Shown here in pieces: positions 1-8,829 of a stretch of DNA of 24,000 nucleotides. The translations under genes were made by a program, and so were the position numbers. Within the stretch, counting starts at the first letter, position 1, and every line of letters starts with the position of its first letter. The stretch lies in contig NZ_CAKVFS010000002.1 of assembly GCF_934746965.1 (NCBI RefSeq), positions 213,590-237,589 of the forward strand, in the 5' to 3' direction. The notes beneath the pieces were generated by a model. The model was given only the letters and a program-made list of their open reading frames with translations, was not told the DNA's origin and searched no databases. Source of the stretch: an uncultured Methanobrevibacter sp. (GTDB lineage: Archaea; Methanobacteriota; Methanobacteria; Methanobacteriales; Methanobacteriaceae).

Positions 1-73
1 CATCTTTTCTTTTTTTATAAATTTGAAATTTTTATTTTTGATATATTTTTTGTAATTTTAGTAAAGCAAAATA

Positions 74-81
74 TTTATATA
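74..81 (+). promoter_or_regulatory. Putative archaeal TATA box for csoR
   Basis: TTTATATA matches the archaeal TTTAWATA consensus. A TSS about 25 nt downstream would fall inside dyad box 1 (96-111). This is a sequence-only call in AT-rich DNA, so it is weak. Confidence 0.3.
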
Positions 82-95
82 ATACAAATAATCAT

Positions 96-111
96 ATACC
101 CTACTAGGTAT
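96..111. promoter_or_regulatory. Operator-like dyad box 1 (ATACCCTACTAGGTAT; the perfect inverted repeat TATACC-N6-GGTATA spans 95-112)
   Basis: One of three copies of ATAC-N8-GTAT, all with identical spacing. It lies between the putative TATA box and the csoR start. The C/G-rich centre flanked by TAC/GTA arms resembles described CsoR operators. Confidence 0.5.
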
Positions 112-136
112 AGGTTGTGTTATTTTGAAAAAATGT

Positions 137-397
137 ATGGACTCCGAAAATATCCACAGAAGATTAAAAAAAATAATAGGCCAATTGAATGCAATTGATC
201 GTATGATTGAAGAAGATATTCCTTGTGAAAATATTTTAATGCAAATAAACGCATCAAAATCAGCCCTACATAAAGTAGGACATATAATTGTTGAAGGACA
301 TCTTGAACATTGTATTAAAGAAAGTATGGAAAAAGGAGATACTGAAGAAGCATTGGCAGACATATCTACTATATTAGAGTATTATTCTAGAATTTAA
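137..397 (+). CDS. csoR: CsoR/RcnR-family metal-sensing transcriptional repressor, Cu(I)-type ligand set
   Basis: 86 aa from ATG137; the track ORF starts at TTG125, which is less likely. It shows the family helix pattern RLKKIIGQLNAIDRMIEE. The Cys-x25-His-x3-Cys spacing (PCENIL...GHLEHC) is the x-C-H-C spacing of copper-sensing CsoR. Confidence 0.85.
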   Translation: MDSENIHRRLKKIIGQLNAIDRMIEEDIPCENILMQINASKSALHKVGHIIVEGHLEHCIKESMEKGDTEEALADISTILEYYSRI

Positions 398-416
398 TTT
401 TTTTTAAAATAACTTG

Positions 417-432
417 ATACCCCCATAGGTAT
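417..432. promoter_or_regulatory. Operator-like dyad box 2 (ATACCCCCATAGGTAT)
   Basis: Same ATAC-N8-GTAT dyad. 15 of 20 positions are identical to box 1 when aligned on GGTATAG. It sits 20 nt after the csoR stop codon. Confidence 0.45.
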
Positions 433-471
433 AGATATCTAAATAATAAAAGTAACTAAAAATTTTATTTT

Positions 472-480
472 TTTAAAATA
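472..480 (+). promoter_or_regulatory. Putative TATA box for the P1B ATPase gene
   Basis: TTTAAAATA lies about 45 nt upstream of ATG522. The expected TSS falls in or at the edge of dyad box 3. AGGTGAT (511-517) is the Shine-Dalgarno sequence for ATG522. Confidence 0.3.
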
Positions 481-485
481 ATTTA

Positions 486-508
486 ATACATATAGGGGTA
501 TACCTATA
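486..508. promoter_or_regulatory. Operator-like dyad box 3 (ATACATATAGGGGTAT, overlapping a second inverted repeat TATAGG-N6-CCTATA at 491-508)
   Basis: Third ATAC-N8-GTAT copy with the same spacing. It contains the perfect 8-bp palindrome GGTATACC (497-504). It lies immediately upstream of the ATPase ribosome-binding site. Confidence 0.45.
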
Positions 509-521
509 CTAAGGTGATTAA

Positions 522-2375
522 ATGAATATAAAAAATTGGCTAAGAAATGATGAAATAATAGAAATAACATTAATGGTTATTTCAGCTATCTCATTAATAA
601 TTGGATTTATCAAACCACACTTATTGTTCTTTGATTCATCTTGGATAGCAATCATATTATGTGGCTTACCAATAATTAAAGAAGCAACAAAAGCATTAAT
701 ACATGAAAAAGATATAAAAGCAGATTTATTAGTTTCAATAGCTATCATATCATCAATAATAATTGGTGAAGTATTTGCTGCAGGAGCAATTGCTTTAATC
801 ATGACTATTGGAGGATTTTTAGAAGAGTACACTGTGAGTAAAACTCAAAATGAGATTAAAAATTTAATTGACATTACTCCCCAAACTGCGACATTAATAA
901 ACTGTAATGGGGATGAAGAAGAAGTAAATGCTCAAAATATCAAAATAAACGACATTATAAAAGTTTTACCTGGAGAAGTAATTCCTGGAGATGGAGTAAT
1001 TATAAAAGGTGAATCTTCAATAAACCAAGCAGTATTAACCGGAGAGTCACTTCCAGCGGATAAAACTGTAGGCGATGAAGTATACAGTGGTACAATAAAC
1101 TTATATGGTTCAATAATCATCAAAGCAACAAAAAATGGGGAAAATAATTCTATAAATAAATTAATAAAATTAATTAAATCTTCAAAGCCTGAAAATGCTA
1201 AAATCGTAAAAACCGCTGACAAGTGGGCAACATGGATTGTTGTAGTTGCATTTATCTGTTCAATAGGAACCTGGATTATAACTCATGAAATTTTAAGAGC
1301 TGTTACAATACTTATAGTATTTTGCCCATGTGCATTAATTTTAGCTACACCAACAGCAATTATGGCTGCTATTGGGAATTTAACTAAACAAGGAATTTTA
1401 GTTAAAGATGGAGAATCTCTTGAAGAATTAGGTAAAGTAAATGATTTAATTTTAGATAAAACCGGAACATTAACCTATGGAGAACCAGAAGTAAGTCAAA
1501 TAATCCTATATAATAAGAAAAATTCTAAAAAAGAAATAATACATATTCTTGCATCACTTGAAAATAAATCAGAACATCCCCTTGCTAAAGCAATTGTAAA
1601 ATATTATAAAATCCGTAAAAATCCCCCATTAAAAGAAGTAAATGATTTTGAGATTATTCCTGGAAAAGGAGTTAGAGGAAAAATTGGAAATGATGAAATA
1701 ATAGCTGGAAACAAAAAGATTTTAAATGAAAATTATGAAGAATTTGAAAAAACAAAAGTTCAGCCTCATTTAGATACTGGAGCAACTACAATTTATCTTT
1801 GTATAAATAATCAATTAATTGGAGCAGTATTATTATCTGATTTTTTAAGAAATAATGCAGTTGATGTTATTCTTAATTTAAAATCAATAAATGTTACCCC
1901 AGTACTTATGAGTGGAGATAATCAAAATACAACTCAAACTATTGCTTCAAAAGTTGGGATTGATGATTACAAATATAACTGTTTACCTGAAGATAAACGT
2001 AATTACATTAAAGAATTACAATTAAAAAACAATAAAGTAGCTATGATTGGAGATGGATTAAATGATGCACCATCTTTAAAACAAGCTAATGTAGGAATTT
2101 CAATGGGTAGCATTGGCAGTGACATTTCAATTGAAGCTTCAAACATTACTTTAATCCACGATAATATCCAAGACTTACCCCATTTATTTAAAATATCTAA
2201 AAAAACTTTAAGAACTATCAATGTTGGAATTGGATTTGCATTAACCTTAAATTTAATAGCAACAATTTTAGCAATGTTAGGTCTGTTAAATCCAATTGAA
2301 GGTGCATTTGTTCATAATATTGGTTCTATTATTGTAATTATCTATGCATCATCACTTTTAAAGTATAACCAATAA
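522..2375 (+). CDS. P1B-type heavy-metal-translocating P-type ATPase with no N-terminal metal-binding domain
   Basis: 617 aa. Motifs: TGES (VLTGESLP), CPC in TM4 (FCPCALILATP, nt 1323-1331), DKTGT (nt 1455-1469) and GDGLNDAP. Four hydrophobic helices precede the actuator domain, implying an 8-TM P1B topology. The last TM helix carries HNIGS (nt 2313-2327) instead of the Cu(I) MxxSS signature. Confidence 0.9.
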   Translation: MNIKNWLRNDEIIEITLMVISAISLIIGFIKPHLLFFDSSWIAIILCGLPIIKEATKALIHEKDIKADLLVSIAIISSIIIGEVFAAGAIALIMTIGGFLEEYTVSKTQNEIKNLIDITPQTATLINCNGDEEEVNAQNIKINDIIKVLPGEVIPGDGVIIKGESSINQAVLTGESLPADKTVGDEVYSGTINLYGSIIIKATKNGENNSINKLIKLIKSSKPENAKIVKTADKWATWIVVVAFICSIGTWIITHEILRAVTILIVFCPCALILATPTAIMAAIGNLTKQGILVKDGESLEELGKVNDLILDKTGTLTYGEPEVSQIILYNKKNSKKEIIHILASLENKSEHPLAKAIVKYYKIRKNPPLKEVNDFEIIPGKGVRGKIGNDEIIAGNKKILNENYEEFEKTKVQPHLDTGATTIYLCINNQLIGAVLLSDFLRNNAVDVILNLKSINVTPVLMSGDNQNTTQTIASKVGIDDYKYNCLPEDKRNYIKELQLKNNKVAMIGDGLNDAPSLKQANVGISMGSIGSDISIEASNITLIHDNIQDLPHLFKISKKTLRTINVGIGFALTLNLIATILAMLGLLNPIEGAFVHNIGSIIVIIYASSLLKYNQ

Positions 2376-2449
2376 TTTTGGCATGACTAAAAGTTTATAT
2401 ATAAATTCCAAATAAATAATAAAACATAAAATAAAGGAGAATAACAATT

Positions 2450-2662
2450 ATGGCAACTGAAGAAAAAACTATTAATGTTGTTGGAATGCATTGTCCATCT
2501 TGTGTAGCTGCTGTTGAGCTTTCTATAAAAGATTTAGATGGCGTTGAAGATGCAAAAGCAGATTTAGAAACTAATACTGCAAAAGTTACATTTGATTCTG
2601 AAAAAGTATCTGATGCAGATTTAGCTGGTGCAGTTGAAGAAGCTGGATTTAAGGTAGAATAA
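2450..2662 (+). CDS. copZ: Heavy-metal-associated (HMA) domain metallochaperone, CopZ-like
   Basis: 70 aa with a GMHCPSC (MxCxxC) metal-binding loop and the length of a beta-alpha-beta-beta-alpha-beta fold. AAGGAGA Shine-Dalgarno upstream. Confidence 0.85.
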   Translation: MATEEKTINVVGMHCPSCVAAVELSIKDLDGVEDAKADLETNTAKVTFDSEKVSDADLAGAVEEAGFKVE

Positions 2663-2693
2663 ATTTTCTACCGTTAAATCTTATTTATTACTC

Positions 2694-2699
2694 TTTTTT
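2694..2699 (+). terminator. Oligo-T tract downstream of copZ
   Basis: A T6 run about 30 nt after the copZ stop codon. Archaeal termination typically uses oligo-T tracts. This is weak evidence in AT-rich DNA. Confidence 0.25.
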
Positions 2700-2788
2700 A
2701 CTAATTTTAAAATATCAAATTTTATATAATTTAACTTACAAATTTTAATCCATATAAAAAAAAAATTTTAAAAAAAATAGGGATTAAA

Positions 2789-3805
2789 ATGAAATCTGTA
2801 GCTATAAACGGATATGGAACCATTGGAAAAAGAGTGGCTGATGCAGTAGCTGCTCAAGATGATATGAAAGTAATTGGTGTAAGTAAAACTAGGCCTAATT
2901 ATGAAGCAAAAACTGCAGTTGAAGAAAAAAGTTATGATTTATACATTGGAATTCCTGAAAGAGAAAATCAATTTAAAGAAGCAGGAATTGAAATAGCTGG
3001 AACTGTAGAAGACATGATTCAAGAAGCAGATGTTGTTGTAGATTGTACTCCTGGAACTATTGGTCCTCAAAACTTAGAAATGTATAAAAAAGCAGGAGTG
3101 AAAGCAATCTATCAAGGTGGAGAAGACCATGAATTAACTGGACTTTCATTTAATGCAATTTCAAACTATGATGATTCATATGGAAAAGATTACACTAGAG
3201 TTGTTTCATGTAACACTACTGGACTTACCCGTACTTTAAGTACTATTGACCCAATTGCAGATATTAAAAAAGTTAGGGCAGTAATGGTTAGAAGAGGTTC
3301 TGATCCTTCAGAAGTTAAAAAAGGACCTATTAATTCTATCGTACCAAATCCTCCAAAAGTACCTTCCCATCATGGACCTGATGTAAAAACTGTTATGGAT
3401 GGTATTGATGTAACAACAATGGCATTACTTGTTCCTACAACACTTATGCACCAACATAATATAATGGTTGAAATTAACAATGAAGTAGAAACTGAAGAAA
3501 TTGTTGAAGCTTTAGAAAAACGTTCTAGAGTTCTTGTTGTAGATGCTAGTGAAGGTTTAGGATCAACTGCTGAACTTATGGAATATGCAAAAGAACTTGG
3601 AAGAAATAGAAATGATTTATATGAAATTCCAGTTTGGAGAGAATCCATAAATGTAGTTGGTAAAGAATTATATTATATGCAGGCAGTTCACCAAGAATCT
3701 GATGTTGTTCCAGAAAACATTGATGCAATTCGTGCATTACTTGAAATGGAATCAGATAACGAAAAATCAATAGCTAAAACCAATAAAGCAATGGGAATTT
3801 TATAA
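2789..3805 (+). CDS. gap: Archaeal-type (class II) glyceraldehyde-3-phosphate dehydrogenase
   Basis: 338 aa. N-terminal NAD(P) fold [15 protein letters not shown] and the active-site motif SCNTTGL, typical of archaeal GAPDH. Confidence 0.9.
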   Translation: MKSVAINGYGTIGKRVADAVAAQDDMKVIGVSKTRPNYEAKTAVEEKSYDLYIGIPERENQFKEAGIEIAGTVEDMIQEADVVVDCTPGTIGPQNLEMYKKAGVKAIYQGGEDHELTGLSFNAISNYDDSYGKDYTRVVSCNTTGLTRTLSTIDPIADIKKVRAVMVRRGSDPSEVKKGPINSIVPNPPKVPSHHGPDVKTVMDGIDVTTMALLVPTTLMHQHNIMVEINNEVETEEIVEALEKRSRVLVVDASEGLGSTAELMEYAKELGRNRNDLYEIPVWRESINVVGKELYYMQAVHQESDVVPENIDAIRALLEMESDNEKSIAKTNKAMGIL

Positions 3806-3833
3806 TTCCCCTAAAAAACTTTTTTTGATAAAA

Positions 3834-4670
3834 ATGACTGATAAAGTAATATTTGGACCTGCAGGAAGTCCTGTTGACTATAAAGGAGCAGCATATAAAG
3901 CACCAAAATATATCAAAGAAGAAGGGCTAAATTCTTATGAATATCAATCCCCATATGGTGTGAGGATTGGTGAAAAATCAGCTACCACTCTAAAAAATGA
4001 AGCTGAAAAACATGACATACTTATCTCAATGCATGGGCCTTATTACATAAATTTATGTTCCAGAGAAGAAGAAAAAATTGAAAAAAGTTTAAAACATCTA
4101 ATTACAACAGCTCGTGCAGGACAATGGATGGGCGCATATAGACTAGTTTTCCATCCAGGATTTTATTCAAATAGAAAACCTGAAAAAGCAATGGAAATTT
4201 CTAAAAATACAATTAACAGATTATTTGAAGAATTAGAGTGTGAAGGTATTGAAGAATATACATTTGCTCCAGAAACAACTGGAAAACGTTCACAACAAGG
4301 AAATATTTCTGAGATTATTGATTTATGCGCAAGTTTTGATCATTTTGAACCAACAATTGATTTTGCACATGTTCATGCACGAGGAAGAGGGTTTTTAAAT
4401 AAAAAAGAAGATTATAACTGTATTTTTTCACAATTAGAAGATAATCTTGACATCGATATATTACACTGTCATTTCACAACAATTGAATATGGTAATGGTG
4501 GTGAAGTGAAACATCATACATTAGATGAAAGTGATGAATATGGACCCCATATTCACGATTTACTTTCAAATTTAATAGATAATGGCTGGAAAGCTAATAT
4601 TATTTGTGAAACTCCTTTACGAGATAAAGATGCACTAAAAATGAAAGCAATTTATGAATCTATGCTTTAA
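3834..4670 (+). CDS. Endonuclease IV-like (AP endonuclease family 2 / xylose-isomerase-like) TIM-barrel protein
   Basis: Candidate metal ligands occur in Nfo-like order: SMHGPYYINL, VFHPG, APETTG, IDFAHVHA, LHCHF, ICETP. ATG3834 is preferred over the track start at TTG3825. Confidence 0.6.
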   Translation: MTDKVIFGPAGSPVDYKGAAYKAPKYIKEEGLNSYEYQSPYGVRIGEKSATTLKNEAEKHDILISMHGPYYINLCSREEEKIEKSLKHLITTARAGQWMGAYRLVFHPGFYSNRKPEKAMEISKNTINRLFEELECEGIEEYTFAPETTGKRSQQGNISEIIDLCASFDHFEPTIDFAHVHARGRGFLNKKEDYNCIFSQLEDNLDIDILHCHFTTIEYGNGGEVKHHTLDESDEYGPHIHDLLSNLIDNGWKANIICETPLRDKDALKMKAIYESML

Positions 4671-4672
4671 TT

Positions 4673-5743
4673 TCATTTTTTCCTTAATTTTAATACAACC
4701 AATTCACTATTAGTTCCCCACCTCATTGGTGTGTCCATAGAACCTACACCAGTAGTAACTGACAAATAATTATCATTTTCCTTAAATAATCCCATATTAT
4801 ACTTAAACATTAATCTACAGAACCATATCATTGGATAAAATTGACCTCCATGTGTATGACCAGACAATTGTAAATTAAAACCTAAATTACTGAATAAATC
4901 CCAATTATAAGGAACATGATAATTTATAATATTAACCGCATTTTTATTAACTACTTGTTTTAATACTTCATTAGAAACCTCTTTTTTGTCTCCAAATGTA
5001 AATGATAAACCAAATATATTTAATCCTTTAAATTCAAATTTTTCATCATTTAAAACTATCAATCCTGCTTTTTTAGCTGCATTACAAACATTTTCAATAC
5101 CCGGATAATAATCATGATTTCCCGGCGTGAAAATAATAGGCATACCTACATCTTTAAGTGGTAAAAAATCATCTTCTTCAACAACACAAGACCCATCAGC
5201 TAAATCTCCTGAAATAATAGCCACATCACAAGTTTCAGATAATTCTTTTAATTTATCTGCTACCTGATTAATTATTTTACTATTTCTTACAGCCCCAAAG
5301 TGAATATCAGATAAATGTACAATATCAACTTCTTCTTTTAAATTATCAAATTTTAAAGTATGTTGTTTAACTACTAATTTATGAGCAATGTAATAGTTAT
5401 AAACTCCTAAAATTGGAACACTACTTAATAAAATACATACAACAGTTATAGAAATATCTGTAAACTGTTTTATTAAATAAATTATAATTAAATCTATTAA
5501 AATCATTACCATAGACCAAGCCCATAACCCAAATAATTCCGTAAAAAAGCGACCAAGAATCGTTGAATTTTTTTCTTCAAAAACCATTGGAATACATTGT
5601 AAACAACCTAAACCTAAAGTAATAATTAATAAATAACCATCATTAATTCCTCCAAATAACAGAAATAAGTATTTAAGCAGAAAAAACTCAAAAAGCATAT
5701 AAAATGGAGTTGCAATAAAAACTCTTTTTGTTCTAAAACTCAT
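4673..5743 (-). CDS. Membrane-anchored calcineurin-like metallophosphoesterase
   Basis: An N-terminal region of about 130 aa holds several hydrophobic helices. It is followed by the phosphoesterase motifs HLSDIHFG, GDLADG, GNHD and GHTHGGQ. Confidence 0.8.
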   Translation of the reverse strand: MSFRTKRVFIATPFYMLFEFFLLKYLFLLFGGINDGYLLIITLGLGCLQCIPMVFEEKNSTILGRFFTELFGLWAWSMVMILIDLIIIYLIKQFTDISITVVCILLSSVPILGVYNYYIAHKLVVKQHTLKFDNLKEEVDIVHLSDIHFGAVRNSKIINQVADKLKELSETCDVAIISGDLADGSCVVEEDDFLPLKDVGMPIIFTPGNHDYYPGIENVCNAAKKAGLIVLNDEKFEFKGLNIFGLSFTFGDKKEVSNEVLKQVVNKNAVNIINYHVPYNWDLFSNLGFNLQLSGHTHGGQFYPMIWFCRLMFKYNMGLFKENDNYLSVTTGVGSMDTPMRWGTNSELVVLKLRKK

Positions 5744-5851
5744 ATTTTCAACTCATAACTAATTAAATGATTTATTTTAAAAATATTTAAATATATTTTT
5801 ATATACTAAAACAAATAAAATACATAGTTAATTAAAAATCGTGGTTATAAG

Positions 5852-6988
5852 TTGGTGATTAACTTGAAAACAAACAACAAAAACCTTGAAACAAAACCAA
5901 TTAATTCAAAATCAAAAAATATCCCTTCAGAAAACACAAAATTTGCAGAATGTGTAGTGTTAAAACCTGTAGGATATCCCTTTGATTTTGCAATGATGGA
6001 AAACACTCTTGAAATTAATAATAAAACATTATTTGAGGAATATGCTCGTGAACAGTGGTTAGGTTTAGTTGTAAAAGAAAATTCATATTTGTTTGATCAA
6101 AAAATAATTCCTGATTATGGTTTTCAAATAATATCAGTTGAACCCAATAATTCAATAATTTCTGAAAATACAAATATTAAACTTGTTGATTTAGAAATAG
6201 GTAATTTAGATACTGTTAAACGTGTAAAAACCAATGTGAAAATTTCAGATATAATAGGTCAGGAAAATGCTAAAAATAAAATTAAAGTTTTAATAAAATA
6301 TCTCAAAGAACCAGAAAAATTCGGCATGTGGGCTCCAAAAAATATATTATTTTATGGTCTTCCAGGTACTGGCAAAACTATGTTAGTAAAAGCATTAGCT
6401 AATGAGCTTGATGTTCCATTATATTTAATAAAAGCTACATCATTAATTGGAGAACATGTTGGAGATGGTGCATCTAAAATACAGGAACTATTTGAAAAAG
6501 CACAAAAAACCTCCCCTTCAATAATATTTATTGATGAAATTGATGCAATTGCATTACCCAGAAGCTTTCAATCACTTAGAGGAGATGTTGCAGAAATTGT
6601 AAATTCATTATTAACTGAAATGGATGGAATTAATGATAATCAATCCGTTATAACAATAGGAGCTACAAACACTCCAAATTCCATTGATTATGCTGTACGA
6701 AGCAGATTTGAAGAAGAAATCGAATTTATTTTACCGAATGATAATGAAAGAAAAGAAATTTTTGAAAACAATCTTAAAACATATCCTTTAAACTACAATT
6801 TAGACTTGGAGAAATTAGTTAAACTTAGTAAAAATATGTCTGGAAGAGATATAAAAGAAAAAATATTAAAAACAGCCCTACATCATGCAATTTCGCAAGA
6901 TAAAGAAATTGTAGATATGAAAGATGTAGAATACAGCCTAAAAGCAAGTAAAATTAAAAATAATGAAGTGAAAGGAATGTTTGAATAA
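5852..6988 (+). CDS. Single-domain AAA+ ATPase with an N-terminal substrate-type domain, possibly of the AMA group from methanogens and Archaeoglobus
   Basis: Walker A GLPGTGKT, Walker B IIFIDEID, and second region of homology GATNTPNSIDYAVRSRF. There is no ATG before residue 48. Candidate starts are TTG5852, GTG5855 or TTG5864; the last lies 5 nt after GGTGA (5854-5858). Confidence 0.8.
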   Translation: MVINLKTNNKNLETKPINSKSKNIPSENTKFAECVVLKPVGYPFDFAMMENTLEINNKTLFEEYAREQWLGLVVKENSYLFDQKIIPDYGFQIISVEPNNSIISENTNIKLVDLEIGNLDTVKRVKTNVKISDIIGQENAKNKIKVLIKYLKEPEKFGMWAPKNILFYGLPGTGKTMLVKALANELDVPLYLIKATSLIGEHVGDGASKIQELFEKAQKTSPSIIFIDEIDAIALPRSFQSLRGDVAEIVNSLLTEMDGINDNQSVITIGATNTPNSIDYAVRSRFEEEIEFILPNDNERKEIFENNLKTYPLNYNLDLEKLVKLSKNMSGRDIKEKILKTALHHAISQDKEIVDMKDVEYSLKASKIKNNEVKGMFE

Positions 6989-6998
6989 AAAAACATCC

Positions 6999-8204
6999 TT
7001 ACTTATTTTCATCAAACATGAATTCAATAGCATTAATTAATTGTTCATCATTTTCATGAGCCGCCTGTTTTATTTTTTTAGAAATATCAAAAAATATCTT
7101 ATTAACAATAGAATTTGTTAAACTATCAACTATATCAATGTTCTCATCTACATTAGATAGTTTAGTAATTGCTTTTTCAGTTTCACGTTTACGTATTTCT
7201 TCCATAGACACTCTTAAATTAGCAATTATATCATTAACACCAATTAATTTAAATGATTCTTTAAGTAAAATAAACTCATCATCAATTATATTTTCAGCTT
7301 CTGCAAATTCCTTTTTTCTACGAGCAGTATTTTCATCAGCAATATCTCTCAAATCATCAATATTAAATAATTTAACTCCCAATTCACAAACATTTTCACA
7401 AATATCTCTAGGATTAGCTATATCAATCATAAGCAAATCTTTATAATCCCCACCAGATTCAATTAAACGTTCTTTAGTTAAAATATAATGTGGAGCTCCA
7501 GTTGCACTTATTATTAAATCTGCAGTTGAGACATAATCACTTAATTCATCAAAAAGAATTGCCTGACCTCCTAAATCATCAGCTAACTTAACTGCAACAT
7601 AATAAGTCCTATTTGCAACAAAAATGGCATTTAAATTTTTTTCAGCCAAAGCTTTAGCCACTAATTTCCCCATTTTTCCAGCACCAATAACTAACACAGA
7701 TTTATTTTCAAGACTGCCTAAATGTTTTTGAGCTAAATCAACAGCTGCAGATCCTATGGAAACTGAACCTTTATTAATATTAGTTTTATTTCTCACTACT
7801 CTACCAACATGAATAGCTTTAGTAAAAATAGAATCTAAAATATTACCACAGTGACGTTCTTTAAATGCTTTTTGTTTAGCATCACTAACCTGACCTAAAA
7901 TCTGATCTTCACCAACAATCATAGATTCTAAACCTGAAGTCATACGAAAAAGATGTTTAATAGCACTATCACCATAATCAATAATAATACTTTTATTTTC
8001 ATGAGACAATAAGGAATCCTTTGGAGAAATATCATCATTATGTATATAATACTCCTTACGATTACAAGTAGATATTTCAACATATTCCACTATAGAATAT
8101 TTTTTTTGCAACTCTAAAAACAATTGATCCATTTCTCTTGAAATATTTTCCATAGCATCAATATTTGCAATTTTATAATCAACTCTTAAATTAAGTATCA
8201 TCAA
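6999..8204 (-). CDS. hemA: Glutamyl-tRNA reductase
   Basis: 401 aa. Active-site motif STCNR (EISTCNRKEYY), central NADPH fold VIGAGKMG, and a long C-terminal dimerisation helix. It overlaps the upstream gene by 14 nt. Confidence 0.9.
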   Translation of the reverse strand: MMILNLRVDYKIANIDAMENISREMDQLFLELQKKYSIVEYVEISTCNRKEYYIHNDDISPKDSLLSHENKSIIIDYGDSAIKHLFRMTSGLESMIVGEDQILGQVSDAKQKAFKERHCGNILDSIFTKAIHVGRVVRNKTNINKGSVSIGSAAVDLAQKHLGSLENKSVLVIGAGKMGKLVAKALAEKNLNAIFVANRTYYVAVKLADDLGGQAILFDELSDYVSTADLIISATGAPHYILTKERLIESGGDYKDLLMIDIANPRDICENVCELGVKLFNIDDLRDIADENTARRKKEFAEAENIIDDEFILLKESFKLIGVNDIIANLRVSMEEIRKRETEKAITKLSNVDENIDIVDSLTNSIVNKIFFDISKKIKQAAHENDEQLINAIEFMFDENK

Positions 8205-8829
8205 ATCCCCTTATTAAATCCTCAATATACTTTTTAGCTTCAGTTATTTCATGATTATCAATCAATTCCTTAATATAATCATTGTTAAAAATTTGGTAAA
8301 GACAATCTCTTCTTTTTTTCTGATTAGGTATTTTAGATTTAAGTAATCTACGAGCATAATCCTGAATTTCAATTTCTAAAATATCCTCTTTTGTGATAAC
8401 AGACTGAATTTTTTTTCTTAATTGGCGAGCCATTAATGGGCTTTTCCCATTTGTAAAAATAGATATTTCAATATCGCCAATATTAAAACTTGTAGGGACA
8501 ATAATATTTCCATCATCAGGAAAATCTGCCCTATTTAACAATTTATTTTTAGCTAATTTACTAACATGATTAGACAATTCCCTATCACCACTAGCTATTA
8601 CAACTACATCTGCCCATTGAACTAATTCTTCAACATCATCAGTTGAAACCAAAACTGCTCCTTTAAAAAGCAATTCATCATTTAAATTATCTCCGGCTAA
8701 TTTAACATTAGCTCCATGGTCAAGAAATTTATTTGCTCTTCTTGTAGCTACCTCACCAGTACCTAATATAAATACATTTAAATCAGCTGTTTTAAAATAT
8801 AGGGAAGTCCAATCCATTTTAATCAGCAT
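8191..8829 (-). CDS. sirC: Precorrin-2 dehydrogenase / sirohydrochlorin ferrochelatase-type protein (CysG N-terminal / Met8-like)
   Basis: 212 aa. N-terminal Rossmann motif [22 protein letters not shown], with size and layout matching the siroheme synthase N-terminal domain. An alternative start at ATG8817 would abut the mmp9 stop codon instead of overlapping it. Confidence 0.75.
   Translation of the reverse strand: MLIKMDWTSLYFKTADLNVFILGTGEVATRRANKFLDHGANVKLAGDNLNDELLFKGAVLVSTDDVEELVQWADVVVIASGDRELSNHVSKLAKNKLLNRADFPDDGNIIVPTSFNIGDIEISIFTNGKSPLMARQLRKKIQSVITKEDILEIEIQDYARRLLKSKIPNQKKRRDCLYQIFNNDYIKELIDNHEITEAKKYIEDLIRGFDDT

Noticed and set aside
1-3. CAT at the window edge as the start codon of an upstream minus-strand gene
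   Set aside because: The gene body would lie entirely outside the window, so this cannot be evaluated.
58-363. 101-aa minus-strand ORF overlapping csoR
   Set aside because: It is antisense to a motif-supported CsoR gene, has a low-complexity Ser/Ile-rich translation, and has no start context. It is a shadow ORF.
518-2221. Minus-strand ORFs at 518-832, 932-1222 and 2003-2221, all inside the ATPase gene
   Set aside because: All are antisense to a P-type ATPase with a full motif complement. They are typical shadow frames in AT-rich coding DNA.
3370-3770. Minus-strand ORFs at 3370-3648 and 3576-3770, inside gap
   Set aside because: They are antisense to a well-supported GAPDH gene and have no recognisable motifs.
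7138-7446. 102-aa plus-strand ORF inside hemA
   Set aside because: Shadow ORF with a Ser/Leu/Ile-rich translation, antisense to hemA.
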